A stretch of DNA of 64,000 nucleotides from Neocallimastix sp. 'constans' (GCA_050613775.1 JBODTK010000110.1:124001-188000), one strand, 5' to 3'. Positions 11,841 through 25,625 are shown, numbered from the stretch's first letter. The notes: generated by a model not told the origin, from the letters alone. Program-made: numbers and translations.

Positions 11841-13542
11841 ATTATTATTATAATTAGTTTATCTTTGAATTTAATTAAAAAAATAAAAATAAAAATAAAA
11901 ATAAAAATAAAAATAAAAATAAAAATAAAAATAAAAATAAAAATAAAAATAAAAATAAAAATAAAAATAAAAATAAAAATAAAAAATAAAATAAAATAAA
12001 ATAAAATAAAATTATTTATATATATATAATATTATTTTGTATAGATAGTTACTTAATTTCATGTTCTCTTTCCGATTTTAATAATTTTAAAGCATCTTCT
12101 CTTCCAGTTTTTAATGATACAGTTTCTGGTTCTTCTTCAATATTTTCTTCATCAGAAGAATATACAACTTCTTCTTCTTCTTCTTCTTTTTCTTCCTTTT
12201 GTATAGTTTTTTTCGATTTTATTACAACATTATTACTATCATCTACTTGAGTTACCTTAACCATTTTTATATCAAAATCATCATCATCAAAAGTAATGTG
12301 ACTAGACTTCTTTTCTGGTTCTGGTTCTGGCGCTGATTCTATTTCCTTTACCTTTTCGCTATTAGTTGGAGCATCAACATCCATTGCTGAATCATCTTCA
12401 TTTGAAATATCCTTTGATGGAGTTTTCTTAGATGGAGTTTTCTTAGATGGAGTTTCTTTTGATGGAGTCTTCTTTGATGGAGTTTCCTTTGATGGGGTCT
12501 GTTCTGGGTTTTCTTTTTCTATTAGAGTTTCCTTTAATGGAGTTTTTTTAGAAGGTGTATTCTTTTTTAATGGTGTTTCTTCAATTGATGTTCCCTTCAA
12601 AGGTGTCTCCTTTAATGGTGTCTTTTTAGAAGGAGTCTTTTTAGATGGAGTTTCATTGGATGAGGTATTTCGAGATGGAGTATTTTCTGTTTTTACTTCT
12701 TCAATTGAAACCTCTTCTTTTGATGAAGTTTTTTTAGAAGGACTCTTTTTTAATGGTGTTTCTTTAGATGGTGTTTTTTTGGATGGTGTTTTTTTAGATG
12801 GTGTATTAGCAGTTGTGGATGATTCTTGTTTTTCTGGAGTTGCAACTTTTTCAACTTGATTTTCTTCAGTAAGGGATGAAGAATCAACTTCAATAACTTC
12901 ACCATTTTTTGATTCAGTAAGTTCACTTATAGCTTTGTGTGTTAGATTAGAAGCTGAAGAATTTAATTTTGAAGAATTTTCTGTTGAAGTAGAATTATCT
13001 GTGGTATTTTGTTCATGTAAGTTATTATTTAAAATAATAACTTCGGAGTTTCCTGATTTTTTAATAATTGGAGTGGTTACTGATGTATGAGTTGGAGTAT
13101 CAACTTTTATTCTCTTAGTATCAAATTGTGGTGTTGGTGTTGGTGTAGTAGTGACTTCATTACTACTAAGTCTTGGTCTTCCTCTTTTACGTTTTGGTGT
13201 AACATTAACTCCATTGGAATTGTCATTCACTGTTTCATTATTATTATTATTATTCCCCGTTAATGATAATGTTTTTTTAATGATAACTGGTTCAGGTTGT
13301 ACAATTTCAGCAATATTTTCAGTATTTTCTTCAACTTTTTCTTGATTTGGTGAAGTTAAAACAATTGGTGAAGCCGTCTTTTTTGTTTTTCTTGTTGTTT
13401 TTTTAGGTGTTTTATCATCTGAAGAAGTGGATGATTTTCTAGTTCTTCTTTTTGGTTTATCTTCTAATTCATCAAAAGAAGTTGATGGGGGTGTATGATT
13501 TCTTAATCTATTTTTAATTGAATCTGGATTTATTTCAACCAT
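10667..13542 (-). CDS. NOL7/Bud21(Utp16)-like U3 snoRNP-associated nucleolar protein with long AT-hook/TPxK-repeat N-terminus, 5 exons, ~641 aa
   Basis: Exons 13542-12053, 11799-11668, 11450-11343, 11107-10986 and 10740-10667 splice in frame. The C-terminal part EEEPETVSLKTGRE...RKQKRRAKDEFLKAQ...MLPTELLDEV...GFRVLSL...ILDFKKKHFYEGKIKRIS...KRPANIFV follows the NOL7/Bud21 layout. The gene model is more certain than the family call. Confidence 0.7.
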
Positions 13543-13650
13543 TTTATTCTTATATATGTATTATATTCTATCATAATATATATATATATATATAAATTTA
13601 ATAATTTTATATTTAATTTTAATTATTATTTATTGATAGCAAAATTTAAT

Positions 13651-13694
<44 letters not shown>

Positions 13695-14571
13695 TTTTAG
13701 TTAATTATTAAAAACATTTAAAATATAATTCAATTAATAAGTAATTCTCAATTATTTACATTCTTTTTCCATTTTTTAAAAAATTAAAATTTTAATAATG
13801 ACAATAAATTATTTTTATATATAAATTTTATTTTAATAAAAATTATGATATTATTTCATTAAACCTTATTTTATATTTCATTAATACTTTTTAAATTAAA
13901 ATAAATAACAAACATTCAAAGAATATAAATTATAAGTTAATATTTCTTCTTTTTTTCTTTTTCATTATTCATTCTTATATTTACTGTATTATAATTTAAA
14001 CAAATTAAATAATAATATTGATATATTTGTTATATTTATTACATAATTTAATTATTGAAAATATTATTTAAAAAAAAAAAGTTACTTTATATTATCCTTT
14101 CTTTCTAAAAATATTTTAATGTAACAATTTATGGGTAATTTTTTTAATTAATGAAATAATAAAATTGAAATGCTTATTATATGGTATAATTATATAATTT
14201 AATGAACTGTGATTAAATTTATATGTATAGAAAAAAGGAATATTATTATTTATATTAAGTAATTTTGTTGAATATGAAGCATAAACAAAATGCTTATTAT
14301 ATTTTCGTATAATTTAATGAATTGTGCTTAAATTTATAAAAAAAAAAAAAAAAAAAAGAGGAATATTATTATTTATATTAAGTAATTTTGTTGAATATGA
14401 AAAATAAAAAAATTATTTTGTTGTAAACTTTTATTGAATAGGAAAATTATAAAAATGATTTAAGATTATTTATTATCTAAAATAAAATAAAATAAAATAA
14501 AAATCATTTGAAATTCAATTTCATAATATTATATATTATTATTACTATTTTTATTGTTATTTTTATTGTTA

Positions 14572-14603
<32 letters not shown>

Positions 14604-14839
14604 CTCAAATTAAGATTTCGAAATTATTATTACTCAATTTCCAAATATTTTTACCTTTTTTTGTAAGATATGTTTTAAGTAATGAAATTCTAATTATAAA
14701 TACATATAAATATGATAAAATATTAATATACTTTATACCAAATTTTATAATAATATAAAATATATATAATTGAAAAAAAAAAAAAAAAAAAAAAAAAGTA
14801 TTTAATTGTTATTAAAATATTCCAATATTTTATTGATTC

Positions 14840-14877
<38 letters not shown>

Positions 14878-16294
14878 ATTTTTAAATTTTAAATATTTAT
14901 TATAATACATCCATACAAAATAATTAAAGATTTATGTTAAAATATATTTTATAGTATATTGATCAATATATTAAAATTTTAATATAATTCTAAGATATAT
15001 TTTTTTAACATAATAATAAAATATTTGATTGGCTAAAAAGTTTTTTAAAAGAGAATTGCATGATATTAAATATTTTTTCACGTGTATTAAAAATACAATT
15101 AAAATAAGTAGCTGAAACATATATTTATGAAATTTTACTTTTCCTATTTTAATCTTTATTAAAAATTTTTATTGATGATAGTTAAATTTAACATATTTTA
15201 TATAAAAAATTATTTTTCTATGTTTTATGGAAATGAATTTTTATGATTTTAAAAACATTTAGTCAAGAGAATAAAAAAAAAAAAGAATAAAAAAAAAAAA
15301 GAGAAAAAATATTTATATAAAGTTTTTCTTAATTTTACTTAATTTTAAAGTGCTTATATCTATAAAGAATAGTAAACTTTATTTAAAAAAAAGAGATAAT
15401 AATAAAATTTTGAGAAAAAAAAATATATATATATATATATATTTAAACATTAATTATATAATCATTAATTACTTAGAAATTATTATCATTAAGTTTAATA
15501 CTGAAACTTTCTTTTTTTTTTTTTTATCATGTTTCCTCCATCAATTTTTAAATAATTATATAAGGTGTAATTTATTTGTTTTTTATTTATATTATACTTT
15601 AATAAATTGATATATCTTGTTATCCTAACTGTATATAATACGTTTTAACCTAAATTAGTTAAAATTTTTTATTATTCCATGAAATTTCAACTATTAATTA
15701 TATCTATTTTTTTACATGGAATTTTAATGGCTAGTTCTTAATTTTTATTATGATTATTAGCTATAAATTAATAATTTTAAAGTAGAAAAGTTTATTCTTA
15801 AATTATGATATCAATTTATATATATATAGATAAATATTAATAAATGTTGTTTTATAATTTTTTTAAATTATAAAAGTTAAAGCAATAAAACTATGTCAAT
15901 ATTATTATTTCAAATATTAGTGTATTTAATGATGATAATTTTCATCACATAAATATATATTCTATAATTTTAATAATTATATAATTTTTAAAATTACTCT
16001 AATACAATTAAAATTAATTATAGTGTTAATATTTAAGAATACATCTTTTATATAAAAAAAATGATATTTTTTTTTTATTCAAAATGAATTTATAATTTTT
16101 TTTAATATATTTAATATGAATGTATTCTTATTGAATTATTTATAAGGTCAAGATCGATATATTAAGAAAGCTTTTACATTGTAAAATTTATATTATACTT
16201 TTATAATAAATTAAACTTATATATAATTCAATTGAGATAATAGTACATATTTAATAATTCAATAATAATAAAATTAATGTTAATTTTTAATAAT

Positions 16295-16393
<99 letters not shown>

Positions 16394-16941
16394 ATACAAA
16401 TACATTTCTTATTCTTATAGAAGATTTTCTTTTTTTTTAGTTCTTATAGAAGATTTTCTTTTTTTTTTGTTAAGTATTTAAATTTTTTTTAATTACTTTT
16501 ATTTTTTTTTATTTATTTTTATTTTTATTTATATTTTTATAAACATTATTAAGTTAATAAACAGAAAAAAATAATAAAATGATAAATATGATATATATGA
16601 AATATGTTTAATTATTTTTAATTTTATTTATATTTTTATATACATTATTAAGTTAATAAACAGAAAAAAATAATAAAATGATAAATATGATATATATGAA
16701 ATGTGTTTTAGTTTTTTTATACAAATATAATTATATTTATATAATATATTCTTATATTATATTATATATATATAATATACATTAAGTCTAAAAGTACGCA
16801 TATTATTTATAATTTATAATATTTAAAAAAAGAAATAAATAAATAAATTTAATTTTATAATACTAATCCTTAATATATATATATATATTTTGATTGTATA
16901 ATACTATTTATATATATAAATAGTAATATTAAAAACTTTTC

Positions 16942-18357
16942 TTATTCATAAATAGAACAGTCAATTTTTGAAGCATCTAATTCAAGATTCTTAATTTGGT
17001 AATCAAGATTTAATTTATTAGCTTTCTTACAAGCTTCAGCAATCTTCTTTGAACCGGTAATATAACTGACCCCGAAAACAGCCTTATTAGCTTCAATAAA
17101 TGGTTTGTATTTTTCACATTCTCCGTATTCATAACATTCTTCATTTAAGGCCCAATCGTAAAATGGAAGTAAATCTTTAATTTGGTCCATATCATTCTTT
17201 AAACCAATAGAAAGATTTCTTTTGTGAGCTTCATCAGCTAACCATTTATTGAATTTTAATTGTTGACTATAAGTAAAATCATTTTCATCAAAGGTATAAC
17301 CATCAACATTATCAATTTCTACACCATCACATCCCTTTTCGACAGCAATATCTAAACGATTTTGAATAAGTGGTTTAAGTTTAGAACTGTTAATATTTAC
17401 CCAATTTTCATTTTCCCAATCTTCCATTTCAGCCAAAACAACCCCTTTATTTAAGAAATCTTCAGCATCATCTCTCCAACTTTCAATTGTTCCACCGGAG
17501 AAATAGCAAATAACTTTCTTTCCTTTGTTTTGTAACTCTTTTATTTTTTTTTCTGGAGTTTCGAAAAGATCAATATCAAATACATCAGCATTAACTGAAG
17601 TATTTACTTTATTACAGTTGGAAAGTTGCCATTGGAATTTTGTACCTGGTTTTGGTTGATAAATTTTATTTAAATTATTACTAGAAGTTATACTGGAAGT
17701 AACTGCGTTATTAGTGGCAATTGCGTCGTTAGTGGCAATTGCGTCGTTAGTGGCAACTGCTATTTTAGTTTTAGTAATTGTTTGAACAGTAGAAGTCTTT
17801 TTTATAGTATTAGTATTAATATTTTTTAATGTAGAAGTAGTCTTTTTAATTGTAGTGTAAGCATTTTTAGTTATTGATATAGTTTTAATATTCTTTATAG
17901 ATTTTTTAACAGTTTTAATAACAGTTTTTACTTTTGATTTGAAAGCCATTTTTCTATTACTATCTTCAATAAGATTATTAGTAACTTGCTCTGGGGTACT
18001 ATCATCATTAACAATTTCAAGAATATATTCATTTTGAATTAAATTATCACCATCTATTTCAAAAAGACTTCTTTGACTTGAATCATGCTTTCCAAGAAGT
18101 AATAATATATTAGCTCTATTAATTTCATCATTTTCATTAATTTCCTCTCTTTTAGCTAATAATGATCTTTTCATTTTTTCTTCTTCTCTAATTTTTTTGA
18201 ATTTTTCTACTGATTGTCTAAATTTAATAGTTGGATCTTCATTAGATTTTTTTGGTCTTCTTCCATTTCTTGACCTTCCATTTCTACCAGCTTCAGCTGA
18301 TATTACAAAGATAATTAATGCAACTAAAAAAATTAAACTAAAATTTTTTAAATTCAT
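16942..18357 (-). CDS. Secreted glycoside hydrolase family 114 (endo-alpha-1,4-polygalactosaminidase-like), intronless, 471 aa
   Basis: Signal peptide MNLKNFSLIFLVALIIFVISAEA and a Thr/Lys-rich linker precede a C-terminal domain with FQWQL, VFDIDLF, KKVICYFSGGTIESWRDD, KGCDGVEIDNVDGY, GLKND and ALNEEC, all typical of GH114. Confidence 0.92.
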   Translation of the reverse strand: MNLKNFSLIFLVALIIFVISAEAGRNGRSRNGRRPKKSNEDPTIKFRQSVEKFKKIREEEKMKRSLLAKREEINENDEINRANILLLLGKHDSSQRSLFEIDGDNLIQNEYILEIVNDDSTPEQVTNNLIEDSNRKMAFKSKVKTVIKTVKKSIKNIKTISITKNAYTTIKKTTSTLKNINTNTIKKTSTVQTITKTKIAVATNDAIATNDAIATNNAVTSSITSSNNLNKIYQPKPGTKFQWQLSNCNKVNTSVNADVFDIDLFETPEKKIKELQNKGKKVICYFSGGTIESWRDDAEDFLNKGVVLAEMEDWENENWVNINSSKLKPLIQNRLDIAVEKGCDGVEIDNVDGYTFDENDFTYSQQLKFNKWLADEAHKRNLSIGLKNDMDQIKDLLPFYDWALNEECYEYGECEKYKPFIEANKAVFGVSYITGSKKIAEACKKANKLNLDYQIKNLELDASKIDCSIYE

Positions 18358-19260
18358 TTTAGTAAATTATTATTATTAATGTTATAATATATTGAAATAT
18401 AATATTTATTAAAAATTTTTTTATTTTTTTATAATTTGATGTAAAATTAAAAAATTTGAAACTTTTTATAGTTATGAATATATTCCTGATATATCAAAAA
18501 TAATAATAGTAATAAAAAATTATTCCTTTTCTCTTTTAATTTTATTCTTTTATGTAGTTCTTAATACAATTAAGAAGAAGAATAATAATATTAATAAATT
18601 CTTTTAAATTAATTCTATTAACTTTAAAACTTTAAATTTTTAATTCTTTGAAGTTTTTAAATTTGAAAATTTTAAACCTTTTTATATATTTATAAATTTT
18701 TTTTTTTTTTTTTTTTTTATTATTAAAATTTATATAAATATTAATAAATTATATTTAATTAATTTTTAATATAAATATTTAACTTAATGACAAATTGATG
18801 TTACACGATAAAAATATTACTAATTTTAGAAATTTAATTAAATCATTTATGTTAATATCATTTAAAACCCTAAAACCATAATAAAATGTTACACGAATAT
18901 AAAATTTAATAAATTTTTAATTATAAATTTGGTGGAAATTTTTAAAATTTAATATCATAATTATTATCAATATATAATTGTATAAATAGAAAAAACGAAA
19001 AAACAACAACAACAAAAAAAAAAATTGATAAATGTATATAAATTATTAAATACTATTAAATTATTAAGACAATTATTATTTAATTACGAATGATATAATT
19101 AAATTTTAAATTTGACTTATTAATATAATGAAATGATAAATGAAACTTTATAAAAGAAATTTTACACATATCTTCCGCAATATTTATATTACTTAAATCC
19201 TATGTACATTTACCGAGACTTTTTACCAAAAATTTATTATAATTTAAAATTTTAATGTAA

Positions 19261-19279
19261 AATATTTCATAAAATTTTC

Positions 19280-19338
<59 letters not shown>

Positions 19339-19998
19339 TAATATAATAATAAAAAAATAATAAAATTTTATTGAAAGAATATATTGAATTTCTAAAAATA
19401 ACTTTTCAAAAACCATTATATTCCAATTAGAATTTAAGACTTTCATATTAAATAATTGTTGATATTTTATATTAGTTATCTAATACATTGGATTATTATT
19501 TTTTTCATTAAAATTTTATCAAATTATATTAAATATAATAAATTTAAAACAAAAGTTATATTATTATTTATCATATTAATATTTAATAAATTAATCTTGA
19601 TATTATTAATATCTATTATATTCATCTATATTTAATGTTTATTTTTTATTTTTAATTTTATATATTTATTATTATTATCTTTTTTTTTTTTTTTAATTTT
19701 TTTTAAAAATGATACATTTAAAGTTAAAATTTATAAAAATACTTTTGATATTTATTTCATATATATTAAATATATATATTAAGTATAATTAGAAGAGGAC
19801 TTTCGATTAAAAAAAAATATATATATATATATCATGGTTTTATTTAAATTCTAAATTTCAGTAATGAATACTTAAGTTTTTTTCTTTAATTTTTATTTCA
19901 TTTTACTTTAAATTAGTCAGTAACAACTCGAAAAAAAAAATAACTTATATAAATTTTAATAATATAGATTTTTTGGTCATGCATTAAAAAGGTTAATA

Positions 19999-20033
<35 letters not shown>

Positions 20034-20203
20034 ATTTAAATATTTATATAGTGAAATATTAATTAGGGAATTTATTATATTAAATTTTATTATTTATGGG
20101 TCTAAAAATTATTTAGAAAATTATAATAAAATATTTAATATTTAATGCGAAATATGTTAATATTTTCATTGCATTATAAAAATATTCATAGATTTTTCAA
20201 AAA

Positions 20204-20244
<41 letters not shown>

Positions 20245-20737
20245 TATAATATTAAAATATAATAAGAAAAAAATAATAAAATTTTATTAAAAGAATATAT
20301 TGAATTTCTAAAAATAACTTTTCAAAAACTCATTGATTTTAAGACTTTCTTATCATATAGTTACTGATATGTTATCAGATGGAGTGGAATATTATTTATA
20401 TTTTTATATAGATTTTATCAGTTATTTTGTTTGTTTAACTTTACATAGTTTATATTAAATCTAATGAATTTAAAACAGGGATTAAATTATTATTTATCAT
20501 ATAATTATCTATATTAAATGTTTATTTTTATTTTTAATTTATATATTTATTATTATTTTTATTTTTATTTTTTTTTTTTTTATTTTTTTTATTTCTTTTT
20601 TTTAATTTTTTTAAAATTGATACATTTAAAGTTAAGATTTATAAAAATGCTTTTGATATTAATTTCATATATATTAAATATAAATATAAAGTAAAATTAG
20701 AATTATTATTATTATTATTTTTTTTGGAAGAAGACTT

Positions 20738-20768
<31 letters not shown>

Positions 20769-21052
20769 GAAAAAGAAAAAAATTTAGTAACATGGTTTTA
20801 TTTAAATTCTAAATTTCAGTAATGTATATTTTTAGTTTTTTCTTCAATTTTTATTTTATTGTACTTTAAATAAGTCTGTAATAACTAGAAAAAAAATAAC
20901 TTTTATAAAATTTTATAATAATGTATATTTTTTTAGTCTTTTCTCCATTTTTATTTTAATATACTATAAAGAAGTTAATAATAACAAAAAAAAAAAAAAG
21001 AAATAAAAAACATTTTTATATTTATATAGTGAAATATTAATTAGGGAATTTA
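19261..21052. repeat. Diverged direct duplication (~810 and ~870 bp: ~19261-20073 and ~20181-21052)
   Basis: Collinear shared blocks include AAAGAATATATTGAATTTCTAAAAATAACTTTTCAAAAAC, TGATACATTTAAAGTTAA, CATGGTTTTATTTAAATTCTAAATTTCAGTAATG and TATATAGTGAAATATTAATTAGGGAATTT. Confidence 0.9.
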
Positions 21053-21333
21053 AATATTTTATCCCCAAAGTTTAAAAAAATTATTTAATATACTTCATAT
21101 ATAATATAACATAATAGAGAATAATAGAGAATAATATATATATATAAAACATTTTATATTTATATTGTGAAATATTAATTAGGGAATGGGTTATATTTTA
21201 TTACATTGTTTTTATATTAAATTTTATTTCAAACTAATATATATTATTCTCTATTATTCTCTATTATGTTATATTATATATGAAGTATATTAAATAATTT
21301 TTTTAAACTTTGGGGATAAAATATTTAAATTCC
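21045..21333. repeat. Perfect inverted repeat with ~97-bp arms and ~95-bp spacer
   Basis: GGAATTTAAATATTTTATCCCCAAAG...GAGAATAATATATAT (21045-21141) is the reverse complement of 21237-21333. Confidence 0.92.
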
Positions 21334-21859
21334 TATACCATTTTTAATCAAACATAAAATGACATTTTATCTATTTTTAGTTTAATTTTTTGTAATTAAA
21401 TTCAGTATTTTCTTTTTAATTTAATTAATGTTTTAATTTCACTTATAATCTATAGCATATGATTTATTTTTAATACTGGAAAATTTACAATTAATTCTAT
21501 TATTTCGTTATTTTATTTTATTTTATTTTTAATTACATTTAGACCATCTCTAATTTTTATTTATAAATTTAATTCCTTCAAATTACATTTAGACCTTCTC
21601 TAATTTTATGTATAAATTTAAATTCTTTTAAATCATACTTCCATTTATATTATTGTTCATATTTAATTCCTTGACATTTAAGAACATGAAAATTATTTAA
21701 TTTTTATCACCATTAATTTTTATTTTTAAATATACAATAATTTTTCGTTGCTCTTTAAACATAAATTTGTTTAAAACTTCAATGAAGTACATAAAATTTA
21801 ATTAAATAAGCTAATTACATAATTTTCCTTTAATTGATATTATTCTCTCTAAATAAATA

Positions 21860-22160
21860 TTTATTATTTATTTAAAATAAGTTATTATTATATAATAATC
21901 ATTTATTAAATTTAGAATTTGTATTAATTCATTACTATCATAAGGTTCAATAAAATGGGGCATATAAATTGTTAGTTTGTCTAAATTAGGCTCTTTTTTT
22001 TCTCACTTTTTCTAATAATTCATTAAAGGTATTTGTAATACAATTGAAAAGATGTTTATCTGTTTGTTTAGATTCTTTTTCATTACTTGATTTTTTTGTG
22101 ATTTCAAAACCCCTCATTAAGAAGTGAAATAAATTTTTTTATTTTTACATCTATCCAAAA
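21860..22160 (-). pseudogene. Degenerate coding fragment of unknown family
   Basis: The minus strand reads LMRGFEITKKSSNEKESKQTDKHLFNCITNTFNELLEKVRKK / EPNLDKLTIYMPHFIEPYDSNELIQILNLINDYY with a frameshift in an A-run. Family not recognised. Confidence 0.3.
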
Positions 22161-22479
22161 ATTTATAATTTTTATGTTATTTTCATAATGTATATTATAT
22201 TTTAACTTTTTTTTTTTTTTTAAAGTTTTAGTAATAAAATAAAATAAAAAAATATAAAATAAAATAAAAATAAAAACTTAAATGTCTTTTTATTATCATG
22301 TTTGTTCTTGAATATATTAAAGTTTTCTAATTATTTTTTTTATTTTAGATTTTTAAATAACCATTATCTTATACTAAGTGTTTTGAACTGTTTTTTTTTT
22401 TTTTATTTTTTTTCTATTTAATAAAAATATATTAAAAAATTCATTACATTTCTCTAAAACTTAATAATAGCAAATTAAG

Positions 22480-23760
22480 AAAAGAATATTTAAATCAAGG
22501 TTTATAACAAAACTACTAAGAATTTAAATTATATATATTTATAAAATATTTAAATAAAGGTTTATAACAAAACTACTAAGAATTTAAATATATCTAAATT
22601 ATATATATTTATAAAATATTTAAATAAAGGTTTATAACAAAACTACTAAGAATTTAAATATATCTAAATTATATATATTTATAAAATATTTAAATAAAGG
22701 TTTATAACAAAACTTCCCCCCTCAAAATAAAATTTCTTTATTCAAAATATGATTAAGAATAAATATTAATAATTAAAAGTGTTATTAATAATTGAACGAT
22801 TCCACTTTAGTTTTCTTTGTTACGATATCAGTAAGCATATCATTAGAATTAATATGCAGAATATTAATAAATACCTTCTTTATATAATTCATTACAAATG
22901 CGAAATCGCCTATTTCCTTTTCTTAATTGTTTAACCATATAAATTTTTAATAAAGTCAGTGGTTGCATTAAATTCAGTTTCAGTAGTGCTTCTAGCTGTG
23001 AATTTTTATCTTTTTAATTTCCGACAACAGGAGCACATCCTATGTATATTATTTGTCTACTGGTTGATTTTTAATTATCATTGTTATCCTTTGGTTTAAA
23101 ATTTATATCTGAATATACAATTTTATTTAAATTATCATTACCAGGTTCTTTTTAAACCATAGTCAATTAATAACTTGTTTTCGTTTTTCTCTATTATAGA
23201 ATATTTAGTATTTTCTTCAATCAAAAATGATTCCATATTAATAGCAAGGGTTTTTTCAGTTGGAATTTCACTTTTAAGAGTAGTAGTTTCATTTTCTTTT
23301 TCTTCCTTTTTTACTTTTTCGTATTCTTTTTCATTATTCGCAATAGTTTCTGTAGTAGTAGTATATCCTTCAATTGAAATTTCTCCATTAAGTGTAGTAG
23401 ATTCTTCATTTGAAATTTTTCCATCAAGAGTAGTAGTTTCTTCTTCTTCAGTTTCACAGTAATGAGCATTTAAATAATTCAAAGGCTATATCAATATCAT
23501 CTACTTTTTCCCATATTTCTTCACTTATGTGAAGGTATATGATTCTTCTGGCTTTAATATCATCTTTTGTAGTGACAGTTTTGGCATTTAATGTACTTTC
23601 CCCTGTTTCTTCAGTAACATTATTATTAGGAACAATGGTATGAACAAGGTAAGCATTTTCTAACTTGCCCATTATAAAATGGCTCCATATTTTATAGTTT
23701 AATACATTAAGGATTATTCTATCTATTTTATTTAGTAATGAAGTAATGCTTTTTTCTTAA
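22480..23760 (-). mobile_element. Internally deleted, degenerate Ty1/copia LTR retrotransposon (gag N-terminus, RNase H, PPT, 3' LTR remnant)
   Basis: Minus strand gives gag-like LNYKIWS...DDIKARRIIYLHISEEIWEKVDDIDIAFEL. Copia RNase H motifs follow: VYSDINF...KSTSRQIIYIGCAPV...ARSTTETEF and FVMNYIKK..INILHINSNDMLTDIVTK. A purine tract GAGGGGGGAAG (plus ~22713-22723) precedes TGTTATAAAC. Multiple stops and frameshifts. Confidence 0.8.
22498..22713. repeat. Tandem 60-70-bp repeat at the putative LTR start
   Basis: TTTATAACAAAACT starts at 22501, 22561, 22631 and 22701. Confidence 0.9.
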
Positions 23761-24064
23761 CCTTTGTTTTATTCTATTATTACTTTTAATATATTTTTTT
23801 ATAATATTCTTTTGTACAGCTGAAACTCTTAATCTTTTAGAAAAGACCAACTATAACAGCTCAATAATGTACAGGATCACAATAAATTAATAAAAGAGTA
23901 TAAAAAATATTCACAAAAAAATTTCGAACTGAATACACCTACGGCATTATAACATATCACCAAAAATAAATATCTAATATGATAATCTTAAGATTGTTTT
24001 ATTTCTTGAAAATTAAAATTTAATAAAATTCATAAAAAAATTTATTATAATTAATGAAATTTAA

Positions 24065-24643
<579 letters not shown>

Positions 24644-24759
24644 AGAATAAAAATTATTGTATAAAACATAATTTATTATTAGAACAAATTATTAATTATT
24701 TTAAAATAATTATTTATGTATATATTCAAATTTATAATTTTTTAACATTAAATAATAAC

Positions 24760-25588
24760 ATTTTAAGAAAGTATGTATTTTATCTCTATGTTCATATTTT
24801 TTACTATTTTTTTAAAATATATTAAGATTGTTCTACAAAATATTCGTTTAATTGGTCGAACAACCGATTTCTATTGATTTTATTAATTAAAAAAGATTAT
24901 AGGAATAAGTAAGAAAGTTTTATTATGAATTAAATATGTAAAATTATATATTTCAAGGAATTCATACATCAAGTAATTGATTAAAAATTAATGGAGTAAT
25001 TTGACTGTTAATAATATCCATATTAAATATGTTTGGAAAATTTTCAAAATTTTTTACAATATATTTTTGGACTCTCCAATTAAGTGGCGCGATATTTTTA
25101 CATTTATTATATGCATCTACTATCTCTTTTGTTATATCATTAAATTTTGATGTTGGATCTTTTGAAAAATTTCCTAAAATATTAGACATGTTTTTTAAAT
25201 ATAGTTTCTAGAACTTTTATATCATTATCCTTTAATAATGCGGTAAATGCCGATGATAAATATTTATATGAATTATTTCCATATATAGATGTAAGCTTAT
25301 TTTTATAATATAGATTAATATTATTATAATAATATTTAATATTTAATAACATTATCATATATTATGTTGAAAAAATTAACATATATAATTTAATAATACT
25401 ATTTATTTACCACATTGCGAAATTGATATTCTTACTAAATTACTTTTATATTGGGAAAAAAAAAAGTATAATTTCACACATTTTATATTTTTCGTAATTC
25501 AATTTTTCAGATATAAAGGTAATGCACTGTATAAATTAAAATTATAGTTTGCTTTAATATATAGAATTTGATAATTTAAAATTAAATT

Positions 25589-25625
<37 letters not shown>

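Noticed and set aside
12656..13345. Plus-strand ORFs 12656-12859 and 13151-13345 (similarly 18197-18379, 23175-23462, 31051-32201, 50406-50639, 51933-52190, 53736-54008)
   Set aside because: Antisense or off-frame shadows of real coding exons or of the copia relic.
22498..22713. Regularly spaced repeats resembling a CRISPR array (also 28200-28975 and 35147-35851)
   Set aside because: The intervening sequences are themselves repeated rather than unique spacers; eukaryotic context and no cas genes.
23935..23965. Possible primer-binding site (minus TGGTGATATG) and 5' LTR of the copia relic
   Set aside because: No convincing tRNA complement, and no match to the putative 3' LTR upstream.
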